A stretch of DNA of 64,000 nt from Dehalococcoides mccartyi (lineage in GTDB: Bacteria > Chloroflexota > Dehalococcoidia > GIF9 > DYGU01), in NCBI GenBank assembly GCA_020724525.1, contig DYGU01000007.1, forward strand, positions 1,435 through 65,434, written 5' to 3'. This document shows, in pieces, positions 1-10,060 of the stretch. The translations under genes and the position numbers were made by a program. The notes beneath the pieces are model-generated. The model did no database searches. It saw only the letters and a list, made by a program, of their open reading frames with translations, and was not told the DNA's origin. Each line of letters opens with the position of its first letter. Position 1 is the stretch's first letter.

Positions 1-1
1 C

Positions 2-1072
2 ATCGGTAATTCCATAAACTCCCATAGGTTCGCCAACTCTTACTGGAATGCGAAGAATAGAACGAGCCAAAGCTTCAAGACCGGGTAAGTTAGAGGTACC
101 ACCGGTCAGGACTAAACCAGAGGGGGCTAAGGAAGCATAATCCGAACTGGGCATCTCGAGGAGAATAAGGCGTATTAGCTCTTCCATACGGACTCGGATG
201 ATGTTGCACAGGTTACGATAGGAGACGCTATGACTGTCTTCTACGCTTAAAGTAATTTCATCTTTACGAGGCTCCAGGTCTGGGGCTACATTTCCATATT
301 TCTTTTTCATGGCTTCAGCAATCTCAAAGGGGAGTCCCAAACCGATAGAGATGTCACTGGTGACCTGGTAACCAGCAACAGGCAGAACGGAAGTGTGATA
401 AATACTGCCGTCTTTAAAGACAGCTACATCGGTAGTGCCACCACCGATGTCAGCTAAGATAACCCCTAACTCTCTTTCTTCGGGTGTCAGGACTGCCTCA
501 CCGGCGGCTAAGGGTTCCAGGATGAGGTCTTCAATTTCAATGCCAACACCCCGGACGCATTTGACCAGGTTCTTTACTGAAGCTATCGAAGCGGTAATAA
601 TATGAGTTTCAACATCAAGTCTAAAGCCATGCATACCCACGGGGTTTCTGATTCTTTCCTGACCGTCTAAAATATAGTGGCGTGGGATAGCGTGAAGTAA
701 CTTCCGATCTTCAGGGATAGTAATGTGGCGGGCGGAAGCCAATACCCGTTTCAAGTCTTCAGGGCGAACCAGACGGTCATTGCGCGGTATGGCAACTACT
801 CCACGGTTATTTAGAGAAGTTATGTGTCTGCCGGTAACCCCTACATAAGCTGATTCTACAGGCACGCCACTGGCTTGCCGGGCGCGTCTTACAGACTCAG
901 AAATGGACTCTTTGGCTTCTTCTACATTGACTACCACACCTTTATGCATACCGTGGGAGGGCACAACACCAACGCCAAGAACCTGGATGCCACCCCACGA
1001 ATCTACATTGGCAACAATAGTGCACACTTTTGTTGTGCCGACATCAATAGCCGAAATGATTTTCTTTGCCAT
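2..1072 (-). CDS. ftsA: Cell division protein FtsA (3' end runs off window)
   Basis: Read manually from ATG at 1072: MAKKIISAIDVGTTKVCTIVA..., later ADIGGGTTDVAVFK and GLVLTGGTSNLPG actin-like ATPase motifs; follows rsmH. Confidence 0.95.
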   Translation of the reverse strand, partial: MAKKIISAIDVGTTKVCTIVANVDSWGGIQVLGVGVVPSHGMHKGVVVNVEEAKESISESVRRARQASGVPVESAYVGVTGRHITSLNNRGVVAIPRNDRLVRPEDLKRVLASARHITIPEDRKLLHAIPRHYILDGQERIRNPVGMHGFRLDVETHIITASIASVKNLVKCVRGVGIEIEDLILEPLAAGEAVLTPEERELGVILADIGGGTTDVAVFKDGSIYHTSVLPVAGYQVTSDISIGLGLPFEIAEAMKKKYGNVAPDLEPRKDEITLSVEDSHSVSYRNLCNIIRVRMEELIRLILLEMPSSDYASLAPSGLVLTGGTSNLPGLEALARSILRIPVRVGEPMGVYGITD

Positions 1073-1134
1073 TTTTTCCTCCCGTTATTAACTTTTTCTC
1101 CTTTAACCGAGCCTCCATAATTGCTAACTTTTCC

Positions 1135-2067
1135 TCACAAGCGCTCGGCTATTCTAAGGCGAGCACTGCGACTGCGAGGATTGAAAGCTGCTTCAGCAAA
1201 GGAAGGTGTAATTACTTTCTTTGATATTAGTTTTAGAGTAGGGACATGGTGGCATTGACAGACCAGAGCTTCAGGGGGACAGAGACAGCCTTTACTTTCT
1301 TGTTTTGTAAAATCTTTGACAATACGGTCTTCTAAAGAGTGATAGCTTATGACTACCAATCTGTCTTTGGGGGCCAGGAGACTAATGGTTTGTTTTAAGG
1401 CAATGGCTAAATTTTCCAGCTCGCAGTTCACAAACAGGCGTAAGGCTAAAAAAGTCTTGGTTGCTGGATGAATCTTGCCCCGACGGCTGCCATAAATTTG
1501 TTCCACTATTCGAGCCAGCCTCCCTGTGGTATTAACTGGTCGGTGGCGAACAATCTCTCGAGCTATTTGCCGGCTGTAGCGTTCTTGACCGTATTTTTGG
1601 ATAAGTTTGGCTAACTCAGATTCAGGGAGAGTATTGATAAGGACAGCGGCAGTCAACTCTTGGCTTGAGCTGAAACGCATGTCTAAGGGGGCGTCGTGCT
1701 GGAAACTAAAGCCTCGTTCAGCGGTATCAAGCTGTAAGGAAGAAACACCGAGGTCGAAGAGGATACCATGAACGGGGGAGAAATTATATCTCTGGCAAAG
1801 AGTTAACAGGTTGGTAAAGTTATCATTTATTAGAATTACCGAATCGCCAAATTTGGCGAGTCGGGTTTGAGCAATTTTTATAGCTTCTGGGTCGACATCA
1901 ATACCCAAGAGTCTAACTTGAGGGGCTTGTCCCAGAATAGCTGCGGCATGCCCACCTAAGCCAACAGTAGCATCAACATAATTACGCTGAGGTTGAACTT
2001 GCAGGGCTTGTATAGCCTCTTTGAGTAGGACTGGGATATGATTTGGCACAGTCATAGTTAAGCTCAT
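1135..2067 (-). CDS. rsmH: 16S rRNA m4C1402 methyltransferase RsmH (MraW)
   Basis: HIPVLLKE, DATVGLGGH, DLGVSSLQLD, ISYHSLEDRIVK, NPRSRSARLR. Confidence 0.97.
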   Translation of the reverse strand: MSLTMTVPNHIPVLLKEAIQALQVQPQRNYVDATVGLGGHAAAILGQAPQVRLLGIDVDPEAIKIAQTRLAKFGDSVILINDNFTNLLTLCQRYNFSPVHGILFDLGVSSLQLDTAERGFSFQHDAPLDMRFSSSQELTAAVLINTLPESELAKLIQKYGQERYSRQIAREIVRHRPVNTTGRLARIVEQIYGSRRGKIHPATKTFLALRLFVNCELENLAIALKQTISLLAPKDRLVVISYHSLEDRIVKDFTKQESKGCLCPPEALVCQCHHVPTLKLISKKVITPSFAEAAFNPRSRSARLRIAERL

Positions 2068-2492
2068 TACTTCGCCTCAAGGCTTTCTATAATTTGCCAG
2101 ACTTGTTCCTCTGCGGATATCTTTTCTTGTTTCCACAATTCCTTATCCCATATCTCAATATAGGTATTGGCTCCAACAATGATAGCGGTATCACTTATTT
2201 CAATATATTCTCTTAGAGAAGCTGGTAAAGCCACTCTCCCCTGGGCATCAAGCATCAGGCTGAAAGCAGCGCCAAAAATAATCCGATTCAATTTTCTTAA
2301 ATTACTTGATGTTACAGCTTGAGCGGCGAGAGAGTTAGCTAAGCGTTCCCACTCAGCCACGGGGTAGGCAGAAATACATTTCTCTGCCCCTCGGGTTAAT
2401 ATCATCCCCTCTCTAAATTCGTGCCTGAACTTAGGTGGTACGGGTACTCTTCCCTTTTCATCAACTTTGTATTCATATTCTCCAAAAAACAT
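2067..2492 (-). CDS. mraZ: Transcriptional regulator MraZ
   Basis: MFFGEYEYKVDEKGRV and second DAQGRV repeat; directly upstream of rsmH. Confidence 0.97.
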   Translation of the reverse strand: MFFGEYEYKVDEKGRVPVPPKFRHEFREGMILTRGAEKCISAYPVAEWERLANSLAAQAVTSSNLRKLNRIIFGAAFSLMLDAQGRVALPASLREYIEISDTAIIVGANTYIEIWDKELWKQEKISAEEQVWQIIESLEAK

Positions 2493-2600
2493 GACTTTTA
2501 GTTTTTCCTATTAAATGACGGTGACTAATTTTTTCGGACATAATGTTCTTTCCAGTATTTAATTTCATTCCAGTCAAGTTTTGTCAGGGTTTTAATACCC

Positions 2601-2660
2601 TTTTTCACCACTTTTCACCACTACTTACCATTATAAAGCATGTTTCCCCTCTTTTGTCAA
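2601..2660 (-). promoter_or_regulatory. mraZ promoter with three 10-bp-phased MraZ operator repeats
   Basis: Minus strand TTGACA (2660-2655), 19 nt, TATAAT (2635-2630), followed by TGGTAAGTAG TGGTGAAAAG TGGTGAAAAA (GTGG-type direct repeats). Confidence 0.75.
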
Positions 2661-2858
2661 TACCTTTTACACCAAATTTTTGAAAAATTTTCAAAAAAGT
2701 TAGCACAATAAAATTAAGTCTTGCCTCTTTCTGTCCACAGGTAGTTTTCCTTGTTAGTTTTTCCCAACATCTTGGGATAAATAAGAATTTAGTAGAGATT
2801 GATGTAATGAAAAGTGGCAAATGACACTACACTATCTTGTGTGTTACAATATAGGTCT

Positions 2859-3359
2859 ATGTTAAGAGTTGGAGTTCTTACTGTTAGCGACCGAGGGTGG
2901 CGTGGGGAGCGCCCGGATGAAAGTGGGCTTGTAATCAAGGAATACCTGTCTAAGCTTTCAGCACCGGTAGTGAAGTATGAGGTTATACCTGATGAGAAGG
3001 AGACCATTTCAAGTAAACTGAGGCAATGGGCAGACGGGGGTGAGCTTGATTTGATCATTACCACAGGGGGCACTGGCTTGGCTGAGCGAGATGTTACTCC
3101 TGAAGCGACTCTGGGTGTGGTCGAGCGGTTAGTTCCCGGATTAACTGAAGCTATGAGAATGGAAACGATAAAGAAAACTCCTTATGCTATGCTCAGTCGA
3201 GCTGTAAGTGGTACTCGGGGCAAGTGCCTTATCATTAATTTACCGGGTAGTGTTAGGGGGGTTCAAGAATGCCTTGAAGTAATATTGCCTGTTTTACCCC
3301 ATGCTGTGAAGATACTTAAAGGAGAAGCTTTAGAGAGTGGTGACATCCATGCGCATTGA
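2859..3359 (+). CDS. mog: Molybdopterin adenylyltransferase Mog/MoaB
   Basis: [34 protein letters not shown]; ATG at 2859. Confidence 0.92.
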   Translation: MLRVGVLTVSDRGWRGERPDESGLVIKEYLSKLSAPVVKYEVIPDEKETISSKLRQWADGGELDLIITTGGTGLAERDVTPEATLGVVERLVPGLTEAMRMETIKKTPYAMLSRAVSGTRGKCLIINLPGSVRGVQECLEVILPVLPHAVKILKGEALESGDIHAH

Positions 3360-4137
3360 TATCCTGACTCTTTTCCCAGAAATGTTTGCTGGTCCTTTCG
3401 ACCATAGCATTGCCAAGAGAGCTATCGAGAAGAAGCTGGTAAATATTATCATTCACAATATTAGAGACTTTGCCCAAGATAAGCACCGGACTGTGGACGA
3501 TTATCCTTATGGTGGTGGTGCTGGAATGGTACTTAAACCTGAGCCAATCTTTAGAGCTGTAGACACAATAAGAACAGGAGAGCTGGCACCTTGTGTTATT
3601 TTGCTTACTCCCCAAGGTCGCCTGTTTAATCAAAAAATAGCCGGGGAATTAACAGGTTATTCTCACTTAGTTCTGATTTGTGGTCATTATGAAGGGATTG
3701 ATGAGAGAGTGCGGGAGAATTTGGTTGATGATGAAATCAGTATTGGGGATTATATTCTTTCCGGAGGCGAAATAGCGGCAATGGTAATGGTAGATGCAAT
3801 AATCCGACTATTACCTGGAGCCATTGGCTCTGAAGCTTCAGTTAATGAGGATTCCTTTAGTGGCGGCTTATTAAAATACCCTCAATATACTCGGCCCGCA
3901 GTCTATCGGGGCTTATCAGTGCCAGAAGTTTTACTTTCCGGGAATCACGAGGCGATTGCTCAGTGGCGCCGGGAGCAATCTTTACTCCGGACTTTAAAAC
4001 GACACCCTGAGCTTTTAAATAAAGTGAGTTTGTCTGAGGCAGAAAAGGCATTTATTCAATCGGTTCAAAAAGGCTATACTTCTGGCAATGACGGTGAACC
4101 CCGTGGCTGGAAAGGATATGATGGCAATGGATGTTAG
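3349..4137 (+). CDS. trmD: tRNA (guanine37-N1)-methyltransferase TrmD
   Basis: [49 protein letters not shown]. Confidence 0.97.
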   Translation: MRIDILTLFPEMFAGPFDHSIAKRAIEKKLVNIIIHNIRDFAQDKHRTVDDYPYGGGAGMVLKPEPIFRAVDTIRTGELAPCVILLTPQGRLFNQKIAGELTGYSHLVLICGHYEGIDERVRENLVDDEISIGDYILSGGEIAAMVMVDAIIRLLPGAIGSEASVNEDSFSGGLLKYPQYTRPAVYRGLSVPEVLLSGNHEAIAQWRREQSLLRTLKRHPELLNKVSLSEAEKAFIQSVQKGYTSGNDGEPRGWKGYDGNGC

Positions 4138-4516
4138 AGCCTTAATTGAGGATAAAAAGGCGGCTTCAAATATCCCAGCAATTGCGCCGGGGGATACCAT
4201 AAAGGTCACCTCTAAATTTAAAGAAGGGGACAGGGAACGCCTTCAGACTTTCCAGGGTGTGGTTATTAGGGTTAAAGGGGGGGTAGACGGAGGCAGCTTC
4301 ACAGTGAGGCGGGTTAGTTATGGTATCGGGGTAGAGCGTACTTTCCTCTTCCGGTCGCCTTTGGTGGAGAAAGTTGAGGTTTTGCGCCAGGGGCGGGTGA
4401 GGCGAGCTAAGCTCTATTATATGCGTGAACTGAGCAGCAAAGAAGCTCGTCTCAAAGAGAGGCGGGAGAAAATAAGCGAAGAGGTTGAGGAAGGAACTGA
4501 GATTGAGGGGCAATGA
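4118..4516 (+). CDS. rplS: 50S ribosomal protein L19
   Basis: [34 protein letters not shown]; start among ATGs at 4118/4121/4127. Confidence 0.96.
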   Translation: MMAMDVRALIEDKKAASNIPAIAPGDTIKVTSKFKEGDRERLQTFQGVVIRVKGGVDGGSFTVRRVSYGIGVERTFLFRSPLVEKVEVLRQGRVRRAKLYYMRELSSKEARLKERREKISEEVEEGTEIEGQ

Positions 4517-4612
4517 AGTAAAAACCGTTGAAAATCAGAGATTTTTAGCGGATATAAAATCTGGGAGAGGCGGGGGCTCTCCCGTTTAAAAACGGAGTTT
4601 TTAAACGGTCAA

Positions 4613-7042
4613 GTGAAGTATGCCGAGGTGGCGGTCAACTTGCCCGGAAGTGGCCGCTCTACTTTTTGCTATACTATTCCCAAAGGATTGTCCGTTGACA
4701 GTGGACAGGCAGTATGGGTGCCTTTTGGGTCTCGGATTCTCCAGGGCGTTGTTATCCGGCTAACCGGCTATCCTTCCGTTGAACAGACTAAAGAGATAGT
4801 TGGTGTCATTACCTCTGAGCCTCTCCTTTCCTTGGAACGGTTGGAGTTAGCTTGCTGGATAAGGGATTACTACCTTTGTTCCCTTTTTGAAGCTGTAGCT
4901 CTGATGTTACCCCCGGGCTTTGAGCGGCAGCTTATTACCTTTTTTCGAGTTAGCTCTCCCGCAGACGAAGAAGCTTTATCTCGACTTAGCCCAGAGCAAA
5001 GCCATCTGTTTCGTTTTATTCAGGAGAGAGGCAAAGTCAGCCTTAAGGAATTAGAAAAAAAGTTTGGCAGGAAGGTGGGACAGCGCCTTACCGAGCAGCT
5101 TGTTCGTCGCCGATTGATAAATAAAGTCCAAGAGTTAGAGAGAGTCAAGGTTAAGCCGAAATTTGCTTCCTTTTTGGAGCTGAAAAACACCCCGCCAGAA
5201 GCTGTAGCCGAAGCTACTTGTCTTAAGCAAAAGCGGGCTTATAAGCAAGCGGCTGGGCTTGAATTTTTAGCCAAACAACCACACCCCATTCTGGCTACTA
5301 CTGTCAAGAAATCCCTGTCTCTATCTGAGACGACTCTAAGAGCCTTGGAAAAAAGGAAATTAATTTCCGTAATTAGAGCTGAGGTGAAACGAGATCCTCT
5401 ATCGCATTTCCATTTCAAACCAATAGAAGCACCACCTCTCACTTCGGTCCAGGATAAAGTATGGCATTGTCTCCATTCAGGTTTACTGGAAGACGGTCCA
5501 AAGGTCTTTCTCCTTTTCGGCGTTACCGGGAGTGGCAAGACAGAGATTTATCTGCGAGCCCTTGCTGAGATAGTAGCTCAGGGAAAGCGGGGAATTTGCC
5601 TTGTTCCCGAGATTGCGTTAACCTCTCAGACAATAGAGCGCTTTGGGGCTCGGTTTCCAGGTCGAGTTGGTGTCTTTCACAGTGGACTTTCTCTTGGCGA
5701 ACAGTTTGATGAATGGCATCGAATCAGGGATGGGGCTTGTGATGTAGTTATAGGTCCCAGGAGTGCCTTATTTACCCCCCAACCTAACTTGGGGCTGATT
5801 ATCATTGACGAAGAGCACGAATTGAGTTATAAGCAGCAGGACAAGTCACCTTATTATCATGCTCGTGATGTGGCTATCAAGTTGTCTCAGTTGACAGGGG
5901 CTAAGATTATCTTAGGTAGTGCTACCCCGGATGTGGAGACTTTTTATCAAGCCCAGCGCGGGGAGTATCAGCTATTGGAACTTCCGGAGAGGATTACACC
6001 TCGTGGCCCTTCCCCTCTCCCGGAAGTGGAAATAGTTGATTTGAAGAAAGAATTGAAAACTGGAAACAGAGGTCTCCTTAGCCGGTCTTTAGTTACAGCC
6101 ATGACAGAGACTCTAAGCCGTGGGGAGCAAATAATCTTATTTTTGAATCGCCGTGGGACAGCGACCTTTGTTCAATGTTGGGGTTGTGGCTTTGTCCTGA
6201 GGTGTCGGCGATGCTCTGTGGGGCTTACTTATCATTCCGGAGGAAAGAAATTAATCTGTCATCGCTGTGGCTATGCTATTTTGGTTCCTCAGGCTTGCCC
6301 TCACTGCCTGAATCGCCGCCTTAAATTTCTTGGGATTGGTACTGAGAGAGTCGAAGAAGAAGTGAGACGTTTATTCTCTGAAGAGAGGCTTCTTCGCTGG
6401 GATAGAGATGTAGTGGGCAGACGTCGGGCTCATGAAGAGTTGCTAAATAGTTTTCGTTCTGGTAAGGCTAATGTTCTTATTGGTACCCAGATGATAGCCA
6501 AGGGACTGGACTTGCCTCAAGTGACTTTAGCTGGTGTCATTAATGCTGATACTGGACTTAATTTGCCTGATTTTCGTGCCGGTGAGCGGACTTTTCAGCT
6601 ATTGTGTCAGGTGGCAGGCAGAGCTGGGCGGGGCGTGTCGGCAGGTAAAGTTATCGTGCAGACTTATTCACCGGAGCACTATGCTATCCGGGCAGCATCG
6701 TGCCAGGACTATATGAGCTTTTACAACCAGGAGACAGACTACCGCCGTCAGTTTGGTTATCCTCCTTTTAGCCGCTTGGTTCGCCTTACCTACAGCCACA
6801 CTAATCCCAGCTTATGTCAGAGAGAAGCCGAGAGAATGGGTGAATTCCTTCGGTTGGAACGAGACCGGAAAGGTATAGCTGGGCTGAGTTTCATCGGTCC
6901 GGCACCGGCTTTTATTACCCGCCTTCGGGGACGGTTCTGGTGGCAGATTATTTTGCGGGGAGATGCCCCGGCTAAATTTATAGCCGACATACCTTTACCC
7001 CACGGCTGGCTTTTAGATGTTGATCCAATGGGTTTAGTATAA
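4613..7042 (+). CDS. priA: Primosomal helicase PriA
   Basis: GVTGSGKTE, DEEH, GSATP, LNRRG, four CxxC pairs, QVAGRAGR. Confidence 0.97.
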   Translation: MKYAEVAVNLPGSGRSTFCYTIPKGLSVDSGQAVWVPFGSRILQGVVIRLTGYPSVEQTKEIVGVITSEPLLSLERLELACWIRDYYLCSLFEAVALMLPPGFERQLITFFRVSSPADEEALSRLSPEQSHLFRFIQERGKVSLKELEKKFGRKVGQRLTEQLVRRRLINKVQELERVKVKPKFASFLELKNTPPEAVAEATCLKQKRAYKQAAGLEFLAKQPHPILATTVKKSLSLSETTLRALEKRKLISVIRAEVKRDPLSHFHFKPIEAPPLTSVQDKVWHCLHSGLLEDGPKVFLLFGVTGSGKTEIYLRALAEIVAQGKRGICLVPEIALTSQTIERFGARFPGRVGVFHSGLSLGEQFDEWHRIRDGACDVVIGPRSALFTPQPNLGLIIIDEEHELSYKQQDKSPYYHARDVAIKLSQLTGAKIILGSATPDVETFYQAQRGEYQLLELPERITPRGPSPLPEVEIVDLKKELKTGNRGLLSRSLVTAMTETLSRGEQIILFLNRRGTATFVQCWGCGFVLRCRRCSVGLTYHSGGKKLICHRCGYAILVPQACPHCLNRRLKFLGIGTERVEEEVRRLFSEERLLRWDRDVVGRRRAHEELLNSFRSGKANVLIGTQMIAKGLDLPQVTLAGVINADTGLNLPDFRAGERTFQLLCQVAGRAGRGVSAGKVIVQTYSPEHYAIRAASCQDYMSFYNQETDYRRQFGYPPFSRLVRLTYSHTNPSLCQREAERMGEFLRLERDRKGIAGLSFIGPAPAFITRLRGRFWWQIILRGDAPAKFIADIPLPHGWLLDVDPMGLV

Positions 7043-7053
7043 TCTGGTGATAA

Positions 7054-7545
7054 ATGGCAATCGTTGATATTCGCCTTTTTCCTGACCCGGTATTGAGGCA
7101 AAAAGCCAAAAGAGTCAGAAATATTGATGGCTCAATCCAGAGTCTTATTAACAATATGATTGAGACCATGCGAGCCTATTCCGGAGTTGGTTTAGCTGCC
7201 TCACAAATAGGTGTGCCCTTAAGGGTAACCGTAATTGAAATACCTAGAGAAGAAGTGATTACCCTTATTAATCCGGAGATTGTAAAGAGAAAGGGGGAGC
7301 GTATTGTTGAAGAAGGCTGTTTAAGTATCCCCGGTTATAAGGGGGAGATCAAGCGGTCTCAGACAATTAAGCTAAGAGGACAGGATCGTCACGGGAAGGA
7401 AATTCGGCTTAAAGCTGAAGAACTTCTGGCTCAAGTGTTGGAGCATGAAATAGACCATCTCAACGGTATCTTGTATATTGACCATCTGGAAAGCCCGGAT
7501 AAACTTGTAAAGTTGCCCGAGACGGAAGGTGGGGAGGGGCTTTAG
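7054..7545 (+). CDS. def: Peptide deformylase
   Basis: GVGLAASQIG, EGCLS, HEIDHLNG. Confidence 0.97.
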   Translation: MAIVDIRLFPDPVLRQKAKRVRNIDGSIQSLINNMIETMRAYSGVGLAASQIGVPLRVTVIEIPREEVITLINPEIVKRKGERIVEEGCLSIPGYKGEIKRSQTIKLRGQDRHGKEIRLKAEELLAQVLEHEIDHLNGILYIDHLESPDKLVKLPETEGGEGL

Positions 7546-8262
7546 TTATAACTCTTCAAATTGGTCAGCCATCTCCACCATAATTTTCCCCATAAAGTCA
7601 CCGACCTGCACTGAGTAGATTCCAGCTTTCTTTTTAATTATGTTGAAGGCTAGTGTCCGGCTGGCGTTAGGAGACAGGGTTACTTCTTGTGCCATTTCTG
7701 TAATACCTCTTATCTTCAATTCGACGAGATAACTCCCGGTGGTGCCACCATTATTGGTTACCTTGACTGACACAGTTGCTATTTCGCCTTCCTTAGCCCG
7801 GCTCGGAGTAATACTCAGGTTGCTCAGGCTAAAGCTGGCTGGAGGAATAAAGAATTCACCCTTTAAACCGTCTACTTCCACTGTATGCTTGCCTGCTACC
7901 GTTTCTGTTACGGCAAAAGTCACCGGTATACTCGAATCTGCTTCCAGAATTACTCCCCTGGTAGCTACTATTCTTCCATCCAGAAAGAGAGTGGCGCTAT
8001 AGCTACCTCGAGTGCCGCCAGTATTAGTTACCTGAGCGGAGACAGTGACAATTTCCCCTTCCCTTACCTGGGTCGGGCTGATACGAAGGTCGTTTACTCG
8101 AAAGGAAGCTGGTAACACCTCTTTGGTTATTTTTGTTACTTCAGCTTGAGGTAGCGCTTTTCCCTTCCGGGTGAAGAGGAGAAGTACGAAGACTATACTT
8201 GCTAAAGAAGCGCCAATAAGACCACCCACAAGCATCCACAAAACTTGACCAGAAAGCTCCAT
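7546..8262 (-). CDS. Membrane-anchored protein with two CARDB/Ig-like repeats
   Basis: ATG 8262 after AAGGAGA; N-terminal TM helix, then two PASF..L.I.P...EGE..TVS..VTN.GGT.GSY repeats. Confidence 0.75.
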   Translation of the reverse strand: MELSGQVLWMLVGGLIGASLASIVFVLLLFTRKGKALPQAEVTKITKEVLPASFRVNDLRISPTQVREGEIVTVSAQVTNTGGTRGSYSATLFLDGRIVATRGVILEADSSIPVTFAVTETVAGKHTVEVDGLKGEFFIPPASFSLSNLSITPSRAKEGEIATVSVKVTNNGGTTGSYLVELKIRGITEMAQEVTLSPNASRTLAFNIIKKKAGIYSVQVGDFMGKIMVEMADQFEEL

Positions 8263-8272
8263 AAATATCTCC

Positions 8273-10060
8273 TTAAGGTACAGTAACACTCTTAGCCAGA
8301 TTGACCGGGAAATCAATAGCGCAGCCACGCTCTTTGGCGGCATAGTAGGCGAGCAGTTGCAAGATAGTAATGTTAGTTAGTGGCGATACCAAAGGTTCAA
8401 CTCTGGGAGTAAAAAGGACCTCATCGGCAATCTGCTCAATATTCTTATCTCCCTCCTCAGCTATGGCTATCACTGGTGAGCTCCGGGCTTTTATTTCTTT
8501 AATAGAAGTAAGCAAGGACTGGTAAGTTTCATCTGGAGTGGCAATAGCAACGACTGGCGTATTTTCACGGAGGAGAGCAAAAGGACCATGCTTGAGTTCT
8601 CCAGCAGGATAGGCGTCGGCATGGATGTAGGCTATTTCCTTAAACTTTAACGCCCCTTCCAGGACTACCGGGTAGTTGATACCACGAGCGATGAGAAAGA
8701 GGTCACTGTATTTGGTCAGGAGGGTGGCTATTGGGTTGAGACAATCTGCCTCATCGAGAATTTGCTTGACTCTTATAGCTACCGTCCGTAGCTCAGTCAA
8801 TACTTTGTCTCTCGTGTAGCTATCTACTGAGGCTACAGTTAGGGCTATCAAGTAACCGATAATTAGCTGGGCGGCGAAGCTTTTGGTAGCGGCGACACTT
8901 ATTTCCGGTCCAGCACGGATATAAAGGATATGATCGGCAAGACGAGTGACAGTACTGCCAATGACATTGGTTATAGCTATGGTTTTGGCTCCCTGCTCTT
9001 TAGCTTTCTTGAGGGCTTTAAGGGTATCGGCGGTTTCACCAGACTGGGTAATGCCAATCACCCAGGTCCCGTCTTTTACTCCAGAGGAGTGAATGAATTC
9101 AGAGGCAATTTGACTCTTTATATTCTGATATCCCAACTTGTCGAAGATATATCCGTAGACCAGGCTGGCGTAAAAAGAACTACCACAACCCAAGCAAAGA
9201 ATATTGGGCTCCGTGTCATCCCTGGGGATGTCCAAGCCAGTTATAGTCCCGGTTTCAGGGACATAGGTAGCTAAGGTCTGGCGGATAGCCTGGGGCTGTT
9301 CATGGATTTCCTTGAGCATAAAGTGCTCATAGCCAGCTTTCTTGGCTTCTTCAAGCCTCCATGGAATTACCTGCCAGTTTCTAATAGCCGGCTGACCCCG
9401 ATGGGTTATCTTGACCTCTTCAGAGGTAATAAAGGCTATATCATCGTCTTCCAGGTAAATCACCCGGTCAGTATAGTCAAGGAGTGCTGGAATATCAGAA
9501 GCTACAAAATTTTCTTTATCTCCGAGCCCAACTACTATCGGGTTTTCTTTCCGGGCGACAATCAACTCACGGGAAACAGTACCAAGGACAGCGATGGCGA
9601 AGGAGCCGGAAAGATGGTTCACAGCTTGGCTTACAGCTTCGGGTAAACCTCTGCGGTAGTATTTTTCAATAAGGTGAGGGATGACTTCGGTATCAGTTTC
9701 AGACAAGAACAAGTGCCCTTCCTCAATTAGCCTCCTTTTTAGGTCCAGGTAGTTTTCAATTATGCCATTGTGGACTACGGCAATCCTTCGGTGACAGTCC
9801 AGATGGGGGTGGGCATTTATGGGGGAAGGCTCACCGTGGGTAGCCCAGCGAGTGTGACCAATGCCCGTCTTACCATCGAGCTGGGGTAGCTTCTTCTCCA
9901 GTTCAACTATTCGCCCTTTGTCTTTAAAGAGGTGGAGCTCTCCATTTTTAATGGTAGCTATGCCACAAGAATCATATCCTCGATACTCCAGTCTCTTTAA
10001 AGACTTAAGCAGAATAGGTTGAGCTTGCTTATAACCAATATAGCCAACAATTCCGCACAT
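8273..10060 (-). CDS. glmS: Glutamine-fructose-6-phosphate aminotransferase GlmS
   Basis: MCGIVG, LEYRGYDS, GHTRWATHG, SQSGET-like motif, ELKHGP, NLAKSVTV. Confidence 0.97.
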   Translation of the reverse strand: MCGIVGYIGYKQAQPILLKSLKRLEYRGYDSCGIATIKNGELHLFKDKGRIVELEKKLPQLDGKTGIGHTRWATHGEPSPINAHPHLDCHRRIAVVHNGIIENYLDLKRRLIEEGHLFLSETDTEVIPHLIEKYYRRGLPEAVSQAVNHLSGSFAIAVLGTVSRELIVARKENPIVVGLGDKENFVASDIPALLDYTDRVIYLEDDDIAFITSEEVKITHRGQPAIRNWQVIPWRLEEAKKAGYEHFMLKEIHEQPQAIRQTLATYVPETGTITGLDIPRDDTEPNILCLGCGSSFYASLVYGYIFDKLGYQNIKSQIASEFIHSSGVKDGTWVIGITQSGETADTLKALKKAKEQGAKTIAITNVIGSTVTRLADHILYIRAGPEISVAATKSFAAQLIIGYLIALTVASVDSYTRDKVLTELRTVAIRVKQILDEADCLNPIATLLTKYSDLFLIARGINYPVVLEGALKFKEIAYIHADAYPAGELKHGPFALLRENTPVVAIATPDETYQSLLTSIKEIKARSSPVIAIAEEGDKNIEQIADEVLFTPRVEPLVSPLTNITILQLLAYYAAKERGCAIDFPVNLAKSVTVP

